UHGV virus genome: UHGV-1962423
Strand: one strand, 5' to 3'
DNA: 64,000 bases
Source: a virus
The translations under genes were made by a program, and so were the position numbers. Under the pieces are notes generated by a model. It saw nothing but the letters and a program-made list of their open reading frames with translations. It made no database searches and was not told the origin of the DNA. This document shows, piece by piece, positions 29,133 through 38,470 of this stretch (position 1 is its first letter; each line of letters opens with the position of its first letter).

Positions 29133-29687
29133 ATGAAAGAATATAGAATTGCGATCATCGGGTCTCGAGAAACGCCAGAAGACGTTATGCAGGAAATGTT
29201 AGAAACGTTACGGGAAGGGTTTCGAATCTTACGAAAGAAAGGCTATACGATTACCACCCGTTCTGGCGGGTGTTATAAAGGACCAGACCAACTTCAGTTT
29301 ATGTTAGCACGCACAGAGGACGTTAAGAGCGTTTGTTACCTGCCGGATGAAAAGAAAATGTGGTTAGGGAAAATACACCCTAAGGTAGAGTTCCGTTATA
29401 TCGCACAAGACGTTCAGTACCGCGCAATCGTTGCTTCACTTCACCCAAACCCAGATAAGCTCTCGCCGATTGCCTGGGCGTTACACGGGCGTAATCTGAA
29501 TATCATCGCAGGGGATTGTTTAGACGAGCCGGTAGACACAGTATATTACTTTAGCGACCACGACAAACACGGGAACGCAAAAGGTGGCACCGCAATGGGT
29601 GTGAAATACGCGAAGTCAATCGACGTTCCTTGTTATTATCATACCACCGATCGGGATAAGTGGTTGGAAAGCCTTCGTTTATTATGA
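29133..29687 (+). CDS. DprA/SLOG-like Rossmann-fold protein (184 aa)
   Basis: IAIIGSRETPEDV...TTRSGGCYKGPDQ resembles the GSR...SGG..G.D pattern of DprA/LOG-like folds. ATG 29133 has GGAGG 5 nt upstream. Confidence 0.35.
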   Translation: MKEYRIAIIGSRETPEDVMQEMLETLREGFRILRKKGYTITTRSGGCYKGPDQLQFMLARTEDVKSVCYLPDEKKMWLGKIHPKVEFRYIAQDVQYRAIVASLHPNPDKLSPIAWALHGRNLNIIAGDCLDEPVDTVYYFSDHDKHGNAKGGTAMGVKYAKSIDVPCYYHTTDRDKWLESLRLL

Positions 29688-29858
29688 ACTTGACTTTAAC
29701 CGCTTTACAAAGGAAACCTCGATAAGCGTCGTAGTTGAGTTCAGCGATTCACCGTGCGATGGGGTATATCCCCAATCTGATGGGAACAGAAGTTACTGCG
29801 TATCCGTTAGCAGGGTGAACTGGGTAAAAGTAAGATCAAAGCAAACGAGTAAATTATC

Positions 29859-30992
29859 ATGTCAACGTTAGATAGCGACTTAGAAGTGCTTTGTGACGAT
29901 TACGACCGACTCGTAGCGTTAGAATCCATTGGAGTAAAAGACAATTATCCGGCTATCGTTGCTATCCGTAAACGTTGGCTTTTGGATGATGTGGTTGTTG
30001 CGTCAGAGTCTGCGGCCATGATGCACCGTGCGCAGTTTTTGTCAGATACGGAACCTGATAAAGGGATTGGCAAAGCGGCGGCGCGACTCACCGGACGTGC
30101 GGTTCGTGGCGTAAGTCGGGTTGCAGGGCGTGCTGCTAGTGCAGGCGCAAAAGCATCAGCGAGTTTCGCAGGTAAACATTCCAAACAACTTGCTTTACGT
30201 TTTGTGGACTTTGCTGAAGCTGCGGGTAAAGAAGTCATTAAGGAATTAAAAGAAGCGACGTCTAAAGCAACGACCTTAGAACGCAAACTGCAAAGGTTAA
30301 ATGCACGTCTAAGTTTAATCGATGACAAAGACACCTTAAAACCGGTTGACTGCGACACGGGAAGCTGGACGACTAAAGTTTGTTTAGAAGACAAACCTAA
30401 CGTAAAAGCGTGTATTGAGTTCAGTAAGAACCTGAGCGCATTGGATGCGATGGTCAACGAGTACACCGTTAAAACGCGCACCATTATCGGTAAGAGCAAG
30501 AAAGTTACCGAGAGTGGTTTGGAGAAAGTAGGCCGGTCAACGAACTGGGCGATTAAACGTAGCGCAGGGTTGTTCGGTATTATTGATCCGTTTAAAACGG
30601 TGAAAGCGTATCCGTGGCCAGGTAACGTGGTGGTCGTTGAACACAACGGCGGTAAGATTGAGTGGGCGATTGCTCGTGATGGCGATTTTGGCCACACAAT
30701 CAAATCGCTGAACTTACACGAAATCGGTTCGGCGCTCGAAGCCGTTGAAAACATTATCCGTGCTTTACGTCATCGTGGTACGAAGCGACGTAGCGTTGGT
30801 TATACCGGTATTTACGATGAAATTCAGCGAATGAAAAAAGAACTGAAATCGTTAGACGGTCGTGAGTTACGCGATGCTACCGTTCGGTATAAAAACGCAC
30901 TGCGTTTAGAAGATGCGTTTACTACCTCGTTAGTGCGTGTTGCGGAGGGCTTACTGGAATGGTGCAGGTTATCGCTGATTGAGGTTAAATAA
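29859..30992 (+). CDS. hypothetical protein (377 aa)
   Basis: Long ORF with Ala/Arg-rich segment; ATGA coupling to next gene. Confidence 0.75.
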   Translation: MSTLDSDLEVLCDDYDRLVALESIGVKDNYPAIVAIRKRWLLDDVVVASESAAMMHRAQFLSDTEPDKGIGKAAARLTGRAVRGVSRVAGRAASAGAKASASFAGKHSKQLALRFVDFAEAAGKEVIKELKEATSKATTLERKLQRLNARLSLIDDKDTLKPVDCDTGSWTTKVCLEDKPNVKACIEFSKNLSALDAMVNEYTVKTRTIIGKSKKVTESGLEKVGRSTNWAIKRSAGLFGIIDPFKTVKAYPWPGNVVVVEHNGGKIEWAIARDGDFGHTIKSLNLHEIGSALEAVENIIRALRHRGTKRRSVGYTGIYDEIQRMKKELKSLDGRELRDATVRYKNALRLEDAFTTSLVRVAEGLLEWCRLSLIEVK

Positions 30993-31459
30993 TGCGTATC
31001 ACTATTATTCTCAAACCCGACAGTAAATACGGAAGGTTATACGGCGACCAGGTACTCAAACTGCACAACATGTTGTTCGCAGAAGAGAAACTGCGTATTA
31101 GTCAGTTAACCGGTCGTGACACGTTCAACCCAATTGAACACCTAGAAGAGATTTGGCCTCAAGATTATCTCTGTGCGTGTGCGGTGGATGACAACGAACA
31201 GCTTCTGGGATTTATGACGTTCTCATTGGGTTCTTGCTCAAAAGACACGTTTGTTTACATCGGGAATTACTATGTGATTCCTGAAGCACGTTCTCAAGGG
31301 GTAGGGCGTGCGCTTATGGACAAAGTCCGTGAATACGGAAAGTCCAAAGGTTGTGGTTGGATGAGTCTGGATGTGTTAGACAACAACGTTAAAGCTATCT
31401 CCTTGTATGAGAAAATGGGATTCCGTACCGAATGCAGGGAAATGATAAAGGAAATCTAA
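30992..31459 (+). CDS. GNAT-family N-acetyltransferase (155 aa)
   Basis: VIPEARSQGVGRALMDKVREY...ISLYEKMGF matches the GNAT Q/RxxGxG core. Confidence 0.6.
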   Translation: MRITIILKPDSKYGRLYGDQVLKLHNMLFAEEKLRISQLTGRDTFNPIEHLEEIWPQDYLCACAVDDNEQLLGFMTFSLGSCSKDTFVYIGNYYVIPEARSQGVGRALMDKVREYGKSKGCGWMSLDVLDNNVKAISLYEKMGFRTECREMIKEI

Positions 31460-31460
31460 A

Positions 31461-32093
31461 ATGGCTGTAAGATTCGTACCGTTTCACGACGGGTCTAGAT
31501 ATACTTTTGGTGTAGAGCGTTACGCTGTGGGTTTTCGTCCTGGTTGGAGAGTGGTACGAATCGATAAAACGTGTTGGTGTTTACCGACCAGCATTTTTGA
31601 TTACTTTACACCTGAAGCTTTAACGCGGTTTGTTTCTCTGGGTTCACCCACGCAACGTGCTGCGTGGGAAAAGAAAATTCGTTGCCGTTATTTGGGTAAA
31701 ACACGAAACGCGACGGTACGTGGTGTTTATCACGTAGGGAGTCGTTGGTTACACGTTGAATCAACACATCCCCGTTGTGCAGTTACACCCTTTAACGGTG
31801 AATATCACGGTCAGGTGTATACCGGAATACATTTTGCGTTCCCGGATAACCCTGACCTTAATTATTTTCTGGCTACCCCGAAAGACGTTACATTAGCCAC
31901 GTTCTATAAATACCTTTTGTTCTATCCTGCGTACGTCGTTGCAGAATACGAACACAAAGCATTTCCTCTGCCTTACGGTAGAGACAGGAGATTAGCAGGA
32001 TGTTCTATCGAGAACTTCAGCAATACACCGACGCTCTCCGAAAAGCGACCATCGATGCTCACAACAACCTCAGAGATGTCGTTAGCGTTATAG
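31461..32093 (+). CDS. hypothetical protein (210 aa)
   Basis: ORF immediately after upstream stop; 3' end overlaps next gene by 94 nt. Confidence 0.65.
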   Translation: MAVRFVPFHDGSRYTFGVERYAVGFRPGWRVVRIDKTCWCLPTSIFDYFTPEALTRFVSLGSPTQRAAWEKKIRCRYLGKTRNATVRGVYHVGSRWLHVESTHPRCAVTPFNGEYHGQVYTGIHFAFPDNPDLNYFLATPKDVTLATFYKYLLFYPAYVVAEYEHKAFPLPYGRDRRLAGCSIENFSNTPTLSEKRPSMLTTTSEMSLAL

Positions 32094-32371
32094 AACAGTG
32101 TTCGGATGTATTGTATGCGGAAACGATTGAAACGCCAACCCACGACGGTGTGAAATCGCTCCAGCTACACGTTTGTAGTAAACACGGCAGTCTGTCGTTA
32201 AACTTCCGTGTAGGTTTAGATTATTACATGGTTCGCAAGAGCTATTTAAGTTGTGACGGTGACCTCTATCCGGTTGTCTGGAACAACGACTATTCTAAGT
32301 TTGTTTATCCACTTGAAGAACACCGACGCACGGTTTATGAATTTGTGAAAGCTGTTCTCGAGGGGTTCTAA
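32000..32371 (+). CDS. hypothetical protein (123 aa)
   Basis: ATG 32000 with AGGAG RBS. Confidence 0.65.
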   Translation: MFYRELQQYTDALRKATIDAHNNLRDVVSVIEQCSDVLYAETIETPTHDGVKSLQLHVCSKHGSLSLNFRVGLDYYMVRKSYLSCDGDLYPVVWNNDYSKFVYPLEEHRRTVYEFVKAVLEGF

Positions 32372-32384
32372 AGAGGGTATTGTG

Positions 32385-32990
32385 ATGTCAGAGATGATTC
32401 TCGACTCATTACTGCTGATTACGGTGGCGTATATCAACAAAACCGGTAAGCTACCAAAGCGTGGGGTGACGATTGAGCGGGAGGGATTTAAGCACCGCTA
32501 CCCGTTAACGAAAGTTCTCGATTTGGCAGCGCGGTTAGCGAAGATGCGTAGACCGACGTCAGACGCAGCACCGAAGTACGTATTAGTGGTACTTCAACGT
32601 GCGATTTCTGAAGTTCGTCGTGCGCGTCGTCGTGCCTCGTTTCGCTTTTATCCAAACTCTACGCAACAGGTTGTGGGGGTCTATAACGAAATGGTTGTTG
32701 ATTTACGTGCCGAACACTGTAACGTTACGGGACTTGCGTATAACCGCCTCAAACGCATTCTGGACAACTCAGACGCGTTTACCACACCGCAAGAAGGTCA
32801 AGCGGCTTTAGCGCTTCTACGTGGCGCTGAGCTCGTTATTGTGGACACCGCAGTACAGGCCGCAAGAATGCAGCACTATCTTGCTAAGCAAGGGTTAGTT
32901 TTACTGTGTGTAGCGTCTGCACAGGCTGCTAATCTTACCGGACCGGAAAAGTCAGAAGTGTGGAGTGGTCCGATTGTTGACCATCAATAA
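32385..32990 (+). CDS. hypothetical protein (201 aa)
   Basis: Track start GTG 32382; ATG 32385 with AAGAGGG upstream. Confidence 0.7.
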   Translation: MSEMILDSLLLITVAYINKTGKLPKRGVTIEREGFKHRYPLTKVLDLAARLAKMRRPTSDAAPKYVLVVLQRAISEVRRARRRASFRFYPNSTQQVVGVYNEMVVDLRAEHCNVTGLAYNRLKRILDNSDAFTTPQEGQAALALLRGAELVIVDTAVQAARMQHYLAKQGLVLLCVASAQAANLTGPEKSEVWSGPIVDHQ

Positions 32991-32996
32991 AACCTT

Positions 32997-33030
32997 ACCC
33001 CTACCTAACGGTAGGGGCGGGTTTCTTTTT
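32997..33030 (+). terminator. rho-independent terminator
   Basis: cccctacc-taac-ggtagggg followed by cgggtttctttttt. Confidence 0.75.
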
Positions 33031-33128
33031 TATCCTAAAATTTATTACAACCAATAGCTATTATGTGAACGCCGGTATGGAATAAAGAAGTATCGGTTTA
33101 AATTTTTGTGCGTAAAGGTAAAACAATA

Positions 33129-33752
33129 ATGCTTAAGACAGTGTCTATTGATGGCCCTGACTTTTCTGGGAAATCGACGTTGTGCAAAATAGTAAAAGGT
33201 ATGCTGGAATCTGCGGGGTTAAAGGTCTGCATCCGTAATCACCCTACGACGGAGACCGAAGCGGGTATCCGCGCGCGCAGTTTAGTCGTTCAGTCCGCAG
33301 CAAAAGCAAAAATTGCCGAAGCGATGTGCGACGATTTCCTCCACACGCTAGACCATGTTGTTGACGATTACGATGTTGTTATTTTCGACAGGTTCTGTCC
33401 CTCTACAGTCGTTTACCAGGGCGTCGACGGTAAAGACGAAGTTTTCCGACGTAAGCTAACGCGTCATTTCCACGCACCAGATTTGTACGTTTGGACAGAT
33501 GTGGATTACGACGGCGCAGTAGCACGCTTTAAGAAACGGGTAGAAGAACAAGGTAAGAATTGGGACGATGAGGTTCTTACCGTTAAGTATTTAAAAGACA
33601 ACCAAAGCTGGGAAGCGTTACGTGATCACTACCGTTTCGCCCACCACATTCTCACTGAAGGCGGTTGTCTGCACCATTTATTACTCGTGAAGCAAGACGA
33701 CGATTACCGTTTAAAAGCGGCTGAAATCGTTGCTTGTATTTTAGAGAATTAA
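33129..33752 (+). CDS. tmk: thymidylate kinase
   Basis: P-loop IDGPDFSGKSTL and DRFCPSTVVYQG (the DRY..S..AYQ motif of dTMP kinases). Track start GTG 33108; ATG 33129 chosen. Confidence 0.75.
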   Translation: MLKTVSIDGPDFSGKSTLCKIVKGMLESAGLKVCIRNHPTTETEAGIRARSLVVQSAAKAKIAEAMCDDFLHTLDHVVDDYDVVIFDRFCPSTVVYQGVDGKDEVFRRKLTRHFHAPDLYVWTDVDYDGAVARFKKRVEEQGKNWDDEVLTVKYLKDNQSWEALRDHYRFAHHILTEGGCLHHLLLVKQDDDYRLKAAEIVACILEN

Positions 33753-33758
33753 TCACAT

Positions 33759-33795
33759 ACCCCTACCTTCGGGTAGGGGGTTATTTAATTTTTTC
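33759..33795 (+). terminator. rho-independent terminator
   Basis: cccctacc-ttcg-ggtagggg followed by T-rich tract. Confidence 0.75.
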
Positions 33796-33835
33796 TCAGA
33801 TATATATTACCTTAGTGAGATTACACAGTAATCTC
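33795..33835 (+). promoter_or_regulatory. conserved promoter-like box CTCAGATATATATTACCTTAGTGAGA plus hairpin
   Basis: Same box as at 6918, 53683 and 58071; hairpin gagattac-acag-gtaatctc; about 50 nt upstream of ATG 33870. Confidence 0.6.
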
Positions 33836-33869
33836 TTACGACTTGTTCTACAGATTAGGATTAATTATC

Positions 33870-34229
33870 ATGGCTTACAATCACAACTCTATTGTTTTAG
33901 CAAAACGTAAATTCGGTCTTCATCTTTCTTACGTGATTCGTCATTTGACAGCGAAAGACATTACACAGCGTGAACTTGCCCAGCTTGCGAAAGTTTCACA
34001 ACCGGTTATTTCATCTATTAAGAACGAACGCAGCGAATGCCTGAGTCTCCCAATAATGATGAAGGTTGCTGATGCGATTCGTCTGAAATATCAGATTACG
34101 TTTAATTCTGTTAAAGGGAGTTGCTCAGTAACGGTTCACGTAGAGTCTGCGTTGGACTACGTTGCAAATACGTCCCTTAAACGTACAGCGAAGAATATTC
34201 GTTTTGTTACTAACGGCGCAACACACTAA
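33870..34229 (+). CDS. helix-turn-helix transcriptional regulator (119 aa)
   Basis: ITQRELAQLAKVSQPVISSIKN matches an XRE/Cro-type HTH; track start is TTG 33843, ATG 33870 preferred. Confidence 0.55.
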   Translation: MAYNHNSIVLAKRKFGLHLSYVIRHLTAKDITQRELAQLAKVSQPVISSIKNERSECLSLPIMMKVADAIRLKYQITFNSVKGSCSVTVHVESALDYVANTSLKRTAKNIRFVTNGATH

Positions 34230-34250
34230 CCAACCTAAAGGAGTATTATC

Positions 34251-34937
34251 ATGGCACCGAAAACTAAGAAAACTGAAGTTAAAGAAACTGAAGAAAAACC
34301 GGTTAACTTCTATAATGACGAACAGGTTAAGCAGACTGAGCCTAGCAAGAAGCTTGCGCTTATGCCGCCTACCACAGAAATACACGGGGATAAAATCTTA
34401 AGTTACACTCCGCGCATGAGTTTAGCGATCGATATTTACCATTACCCGGTATTCGACCTGTACACGCTTGTCTGTCGACTCGACGATGAGATACTGGCAG
34501 TCGTTCCAGGTATCCACAAAGAAAAACTGCTTACGGGTTCAGTCATTAGCGAGATTTTCCTGCGCCTGATGTTTAAATCAGACGATAAGAGAATCAGCCA
34601 GATTGCTGGTAAAATGACTGACTTCTTTGTTGAGGCTTCAACGTGGTTAGGCTTTCACCCAACGGCTTATTTCATTTTCGACACCAAAATGTTGTATGCT
34701 GAAATGGGCGACAGCGTTAAGTATCCTATCTTACTTAATGAAGAAGTCGTTCCGTTTTCCCTTTCCAGTCCTAACAAACATCTTCGCTTTCATCCGGCGT
34801 TAGAAAGCCTGATCGAACACCAACGGTTGGAAAAATATTACGCTTATCATCGCATGTTCTTTGAGCTTCTGCGTGATAAATTAAGAGGCAAAGTTCCAGA
34901 TTCTAGTGTATCGTTCACTAGTTCTAAGCTTTGGTAG
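34251..34937 (+). CDS. hypothetical protein with acidic/lysine-rich N-terminus (228 aa)
   Basis: AGGAG RBS; N-terminal KTKKTEVKETEEKP low complexity. Confidence 0.75.
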   Translation: MAPKTKKTEVKETEEKPVNFYNDEQVKQTEPSKKLALMPPTTEIHGDKILSYTPRMSLAIDIYHYPVFDLYTLVCRLDDEILAVVPGIHKEKLLTGSVISEIFLRLMFKSDDKRISQIAGKMTDFFVEASTWLGFHPTAYFIFDTKMLYAEMGDSVKYPILLNEEVVPFSLSSPNKHLRFHPALESLIEHQRLEKYYAYHRMFFELLRDKLRGKVPDSSVSFTSSKLW

Positions 34938-34949
34938 TTTGTAACAAAC

Positions 34950-34978
34950 AGGGAGCTTCGGCTCCCTTTTTCTTTTTA
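34950..34978 (+). terminator. rho-independent terminator
   Basis: gggagc-ttcg-gctccc followed by tttttcttttt. Confidence 0.75.
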
Positions 34979-35023
34979 CAACTTTTTCTTTTGTTGTGAG
35001 GAAAGCCGATAAGGAGTATTAAA

Positions 35024-36010
35024 ATGGTATATCGTAAAACGATAGAAAGAACCTCTTCTGATTTAACAGTAGGACGCTTAGCCCGTAGAGATATTCGCAA
35101 TCCTCAACTTCAGGCATGTTTAATGGGTCCTAACGGTGCGGTGATTCGTGAAGCACTGTGTAATACCGAGCTGAATACGTTCTCTTTACAAAAAGGAAAA
35201 ACAATCCAAGGGTTTATCATCACAAAACACATTTACGGTGATCCAACGTTACACTGCTTGTATATGCACGAAATTGTACCAGGCTGTTTGAACAAACTGA
35301 GTCTTCTATTGGTACTTGACTATACGGGTTTTACGTACCTTAACCGAATTGCCAGAGGCGTGGAAGAAATTGCTGAGCTTAACGATTTAGGGTTTAGACA
35401 TACCCACACAGCATATCGTTTAGGTACACGTACGCTATCGGATGTCACTTTACCGACGAACGTGAAGAACGTCTCCGGCGACTTCTATAAAGACTTAACC
35501 GGAGCACAACGTGAGCAGCTCATGACATTGTTTGGCACTAGTGTCGTTGAAAATATCAATGCTGACCCTGTAACGCGTTCTCGACAAATAATGCCGCAAG
35601 TTGAAACATTGGTGGAGTTAGTGCGGCACGTCAATCACTACACTTACGTTTGGATGGGCGGTAATGACGTTGTGGGTGTGGTGCAAGTTAAATCACGTAA
35701 TCTTAGTGAGTGCGAACTAAAAGCCATTGCGGTAAGTGAATCACACCGGGGCCGTGGGATTGGGCGTGCGTTGCTGTATCGTGCTTTACAGATTGCATCG
35801 ACAACAGCGGCACCATTAGAAATAGGGTGTTACAATAACAATTCAGCATTTAGACACCTGGCTGTAGATTTGTTTAAATTCCGTCCCTACGAGTACGAAT
35901 TTGTTTTAGTGCGCGACGACGATGTCGTCAGTTGGGAGCGTCGGAAAAACCGCGTCGCGTTAGTGTTAGGCGACGAAATGTCAACGTTACAAGGCGGAAT
36001 TAATGCATAA
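35024..36010 (+). CDS. protein with C-terminal GNAT acetyltransferase domain (328 aa)
   Basis: AIAVSESHRGRGIGRALLYRALQIA matches the GNAT RGxGxG motif; AAGGAG RBS. Confidence 0.6.
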   Translation: MVYRKTIERTSSDLTVGRLARRDIRNPQLQACLMGPNGAVIREALCNTELNTFSLQKGKTIQGFIITKHIYGDPTLHCLYMHEIVPGCLNKLSLLLVLDYTGFTYLNRIARGVEEIAELNDLGFRHTHTAYRLGTRTLSDVTLPTNVKNVSGDFYKDLTGAQREQLMTLFGTSVVENINADPVTRSRQIMPQVETLVELVRHVNHYTYVWMGGNDVVGVVQVKSRNLSECELKAIAVSESHRGRGIGRALLYRALQIASTTAAPLEIGCYNNNSAFRHLAVDLFKFRPYEYEFVLVRDDDVVSWERRKNRVALVLGDEMSTLQGGINA

Positions 36011-36818
36011 ACCAATTATAAAGTGGATGGGTGGCAAATCGCGGATCATCGACACCTTACTACAAGTCTTACCTGAACGTACAACATTCGTTGAACCGTT
36101 TGTTGGTGCAGGGTCGGTGTTTTTGAACACACGTTATAAACGTTACATTCTTGCTGACTCTAACCCTGACTTAATACAGTTGCTGAACGTGGCGAAAGAC
36201 CAACCTGAAGAACTTATCTTAAAGTCGAAACCGCTATTCGAAGACGGTAACGATTGTATTAAGTATATGGAGAGACGAGAACTGTTTAATCGCGAAACGG
36301 ATATGGCCCCGTTAGACCGTGCTGCAATGTTTCTGTACTTAATGCGTCATGGTTTTAACGGGATGTGTCGTTACAACGGCGGCGGAGGTTTTAACGTTCC
36401 GTTTGGTCGCTATCCTAACGGTGTGTATTACCCGTTAGAAGAGATTCGTGGTTGGGCTAAACGTTGTCAAGAACCGGAATACTTAGAAATTGTTTGTGAA
36501 GATTTCCGAACAGTTTTAGAGCGTACACCGGAAGACAGCGTGATTTACGCAGACCCACCTTATATACCGCTCTCAGAGACCGCTAAACACGCCCAATACC
36601 ATCGGAAGGAGTTTTCCCAGGCTGACCATCGGGAACTCGCCAGAGCGCTGTTTAAGCAGGTTGAGAAGGGGAATAGCGTTGTGTTGTCCAATGCAGATAC
36701 GTTACTAACGCGTGAGATTTATTACGGGTTCGAATGGCGTTCTGTGGAAGTAGGGCGGTATATGGGTGCATCGGGCGCTGCTCGTAAAACGGTAACGGAA
36801 TTGTTAGGAGTGCTCTAA
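36003..36818 (+). CDS. dam: DNA N6-adenine methyltransferase, Dam family
   Basis: KWMGGKSRII, FVEPFVGAGSVF (AdoMet motif I) and YADPPYIP (catalytic DPPY). Confidence 0.85.
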   Translation: MHKPIIKWMGGKSRIIDTLLQVLPERTTFVEPFVGAGSVFLNTRYKRYILADSNPDLIQLLNVAKDQPEELILKSKPLFEDGNDCIKYMERRELFNRETDMAPLDRAAMFLYLMRHGFNGMCRYNGGGGFNVPFGRYPNGVYYPLEEIRGWAKRCQEPEYLEIVCEDFRTVLERTPEDSVIYADPPYIPLSETAKHAQYHRKEFSQADHRELARALFKQVEKGNSVVLSNADTLLTREIYYGFEWRSVEVGRYMGASGAARKTVTELLGVL

Positions 36819-37591
36819 TGCGTATAGTGGATATCCACGATTATCGTAATGACCATTTAGCGATTGGTGTAGAAGGTAAAATGGTTTCGTTAACCCGTGT
36901 ACGTAAAGGGTTAATGGAAAAGGAAATCATTCGGGAATCTGAAGACCCTACTTTTATCATCCTTTCGAATACTAACCAGTTACAGGGCATCTTTTCAGGG
37001 CGTGCAGACGGTAAGATTTTCTATATGTCCGCGATCGTTGTGTTTGCGAAGAAGAACATCAACTTCGCCCAACTCAAACGTTTGTTAAACGTGAAGATGT
37101 TCGATGTCACGTACCCTGCTAACGACCTAAAACGTCGTAATCAATTAATGACGTTTTTAGGTATGCAACCAACGTCTATCGATTATGACCTTACGATTAC
37201 TGAAAAGCCGGAAGTGCGCACTGACTTACCTGACGTAGACGATGTTGAATCCTTAACGTTAGAAGAGACGTTTACGATTCCTAAGGTTGTTAATGTCAAC
37301 CTGGACACGCACTGTTTAGGGTTGTTAGCCGTAGGTGCAGCAGAAGGGTTGTGTTGTCGTAAAGACGGTAAGGTTGAAGGTATCTTAGTCTATTCGAAAA
37401 TCAACGAAAAGACATTTGCCACCGAAGGCTTTTTCTATAACGATTGCACTTACGGAAACGCTCTACTAACCACGTATTTCCGTATTGCTTATCTGAAAGG
37501 CGCAACTGTACGCCTCACGTTTCCATACACAGCTCCACCGTCTATGGGTGGAGTTGAGGTAGAAGCATTAACCGGTCACTTTATCTTTTAA
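36818..37591 (+). CDS. hypothetical protein (257 aa)
   Basis: ATGA-type overlap with dam stop. Confidence 0.7.
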   Translation: MRIVDIHDYRNDHLAIGVEGKMVSLTRVRKGLMEKEIIRESEDPTFIILSNTNQLQGIFSGRADGKIFYMSAIVVFAKKNINFAQLKRLLNVKMFDVTYPANDLKRRNQLMTFLGMQPTSIDYDLTITEKPEVRTDLPDVDDVESLTLEETFTIPKVVNVNLDTHCLGLLAVGAAEGLCCRKDGKVEGILVYSKINEKTFATEGFFYNDCTYGNALLTTYFRIAYLKGATVRLTFPYTAPPSMGGVEVEALTGHFIF

Positions 37592-37600
37592 GGACGATGA

Positions 37601-37828
37601 ATGGAAATCAAACGTATTGTAACCAAAAACAAACAGATTGTTTACGTCGCAGGTGATAACGAATTCTCGGCGGTAATTAACAGCGAAAATGCGCTCATTA
37701 TCGGTTATCCGGGTAAAGTTATTACGCGCAGTCACCAACGTGCGATTGACAAACTTATCGCGAAAGCGAAAGCGCGCGACGGTGTTGGTTCAGTACAAAC
37801 CCACACAGGGTTAACGCTGACCCTCTAG
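37601..37828 (+). CDS. hypothetical small protein (75 aa)
   Basis: ORF with GGACGATGA context before ATG. Confidence 0.55.
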   Translation: MEIKRIVTKNKQIVYVAGDNEFSAVINSENALIIGYPGKVITRSHQRAIDKLIAKAKARDGVGSVQTHTGLTLTL

Positions 37829-37867
37829 TCAGCAGGTAATATGACCTCTTAACTGGAGACTTTAATA

Positions 37868-38374
37868 ATGAGTGAGACTCTGGATTTTAATCAGCTCGAA
37901 CAACACGATTTTGATCTCGGTGTTCGTGATATCGATGCTGATCATGAAACACGTTGTAAAGAGCTGTTTAACCGTTACGGTCAGCTCATCACCGGTGCCT
38001 CTGATGACACCGAATTCAGTTTAGATGAGTTTGAAAAAGTTTTGTCGTGTTTTATCACCGATTGCCTGGCGAAGAAAGCGTTACTTGTAGAACTGAACTT
38101 AGACTCCGTCGAACCTACCGATGCCCACGCGGTGTTGAAAGAATCCATTATCCCAACTGATGAGATTATGGACACGGTAGCAGGTATTCGTGGTACGTTT
38201 GAAACCGCTGTAGATGAATACACGGAACAGCTTCGTGAGTCAGGACTGACGTTGTGTGCGCCAGCAGGCGAGCAATTACCGTCCGACGCAGAAACTGAAG
38301 AAGCGCGTAGCCGCTTAGCACGTTATGTTATCACGTCTATCTTGGTAGATGATCGCGAAGAGAATCTGCTGTAA
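37868..38374 (+). CDS. strongly acidic protein, candidate DNA mimic (168 aa)
   Basis: Asp/Glu-rich throughout (DFDLGVRDIDADHE, DDTEFSLDEFE, ETEEARS); function is inference. Confidence 0.65.
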   Translation: MSETLDFNQLEQHDFDLGVRDIDADHETRCKELFNRYGQLITGASDDTEFSLDEFEKVLSCFITDCLAKKALLVELNLDSVEPTDAHAVLKESIIPTDEIMDTVAGIRGTFETAVDEYTEQLRESGLTLCAPAGEQLPSDAETEEARSRLARYVITSILVDDREENLL

Positions 38375-38377
38375 GCT

Positions 38378-38416
38378 GCACCCTCTCTCCAGACGGAGAG
38401 AGGGTGTATTTTTTTA
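38378..38416 (+). terminator. rho-independent terminator
   Basis: caccctctctcc-agac-ggagagagggtg followed by tattttttt. Confidence 0.8.
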
Positions 38417-38470
38417 CGCGTATAGCCGTAGTTATGCACAAGTAAACAAAATTAATTGAGGAACAATCTG

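Noticed and set aside
29945-30754. 269-codon minus-strand ORF
   Set aside because: Fully inside and antisense to the 29859..30992 + gene, which fits the operon context; Ala/Ser/Arg-rich translation typical of antisense artefacts.
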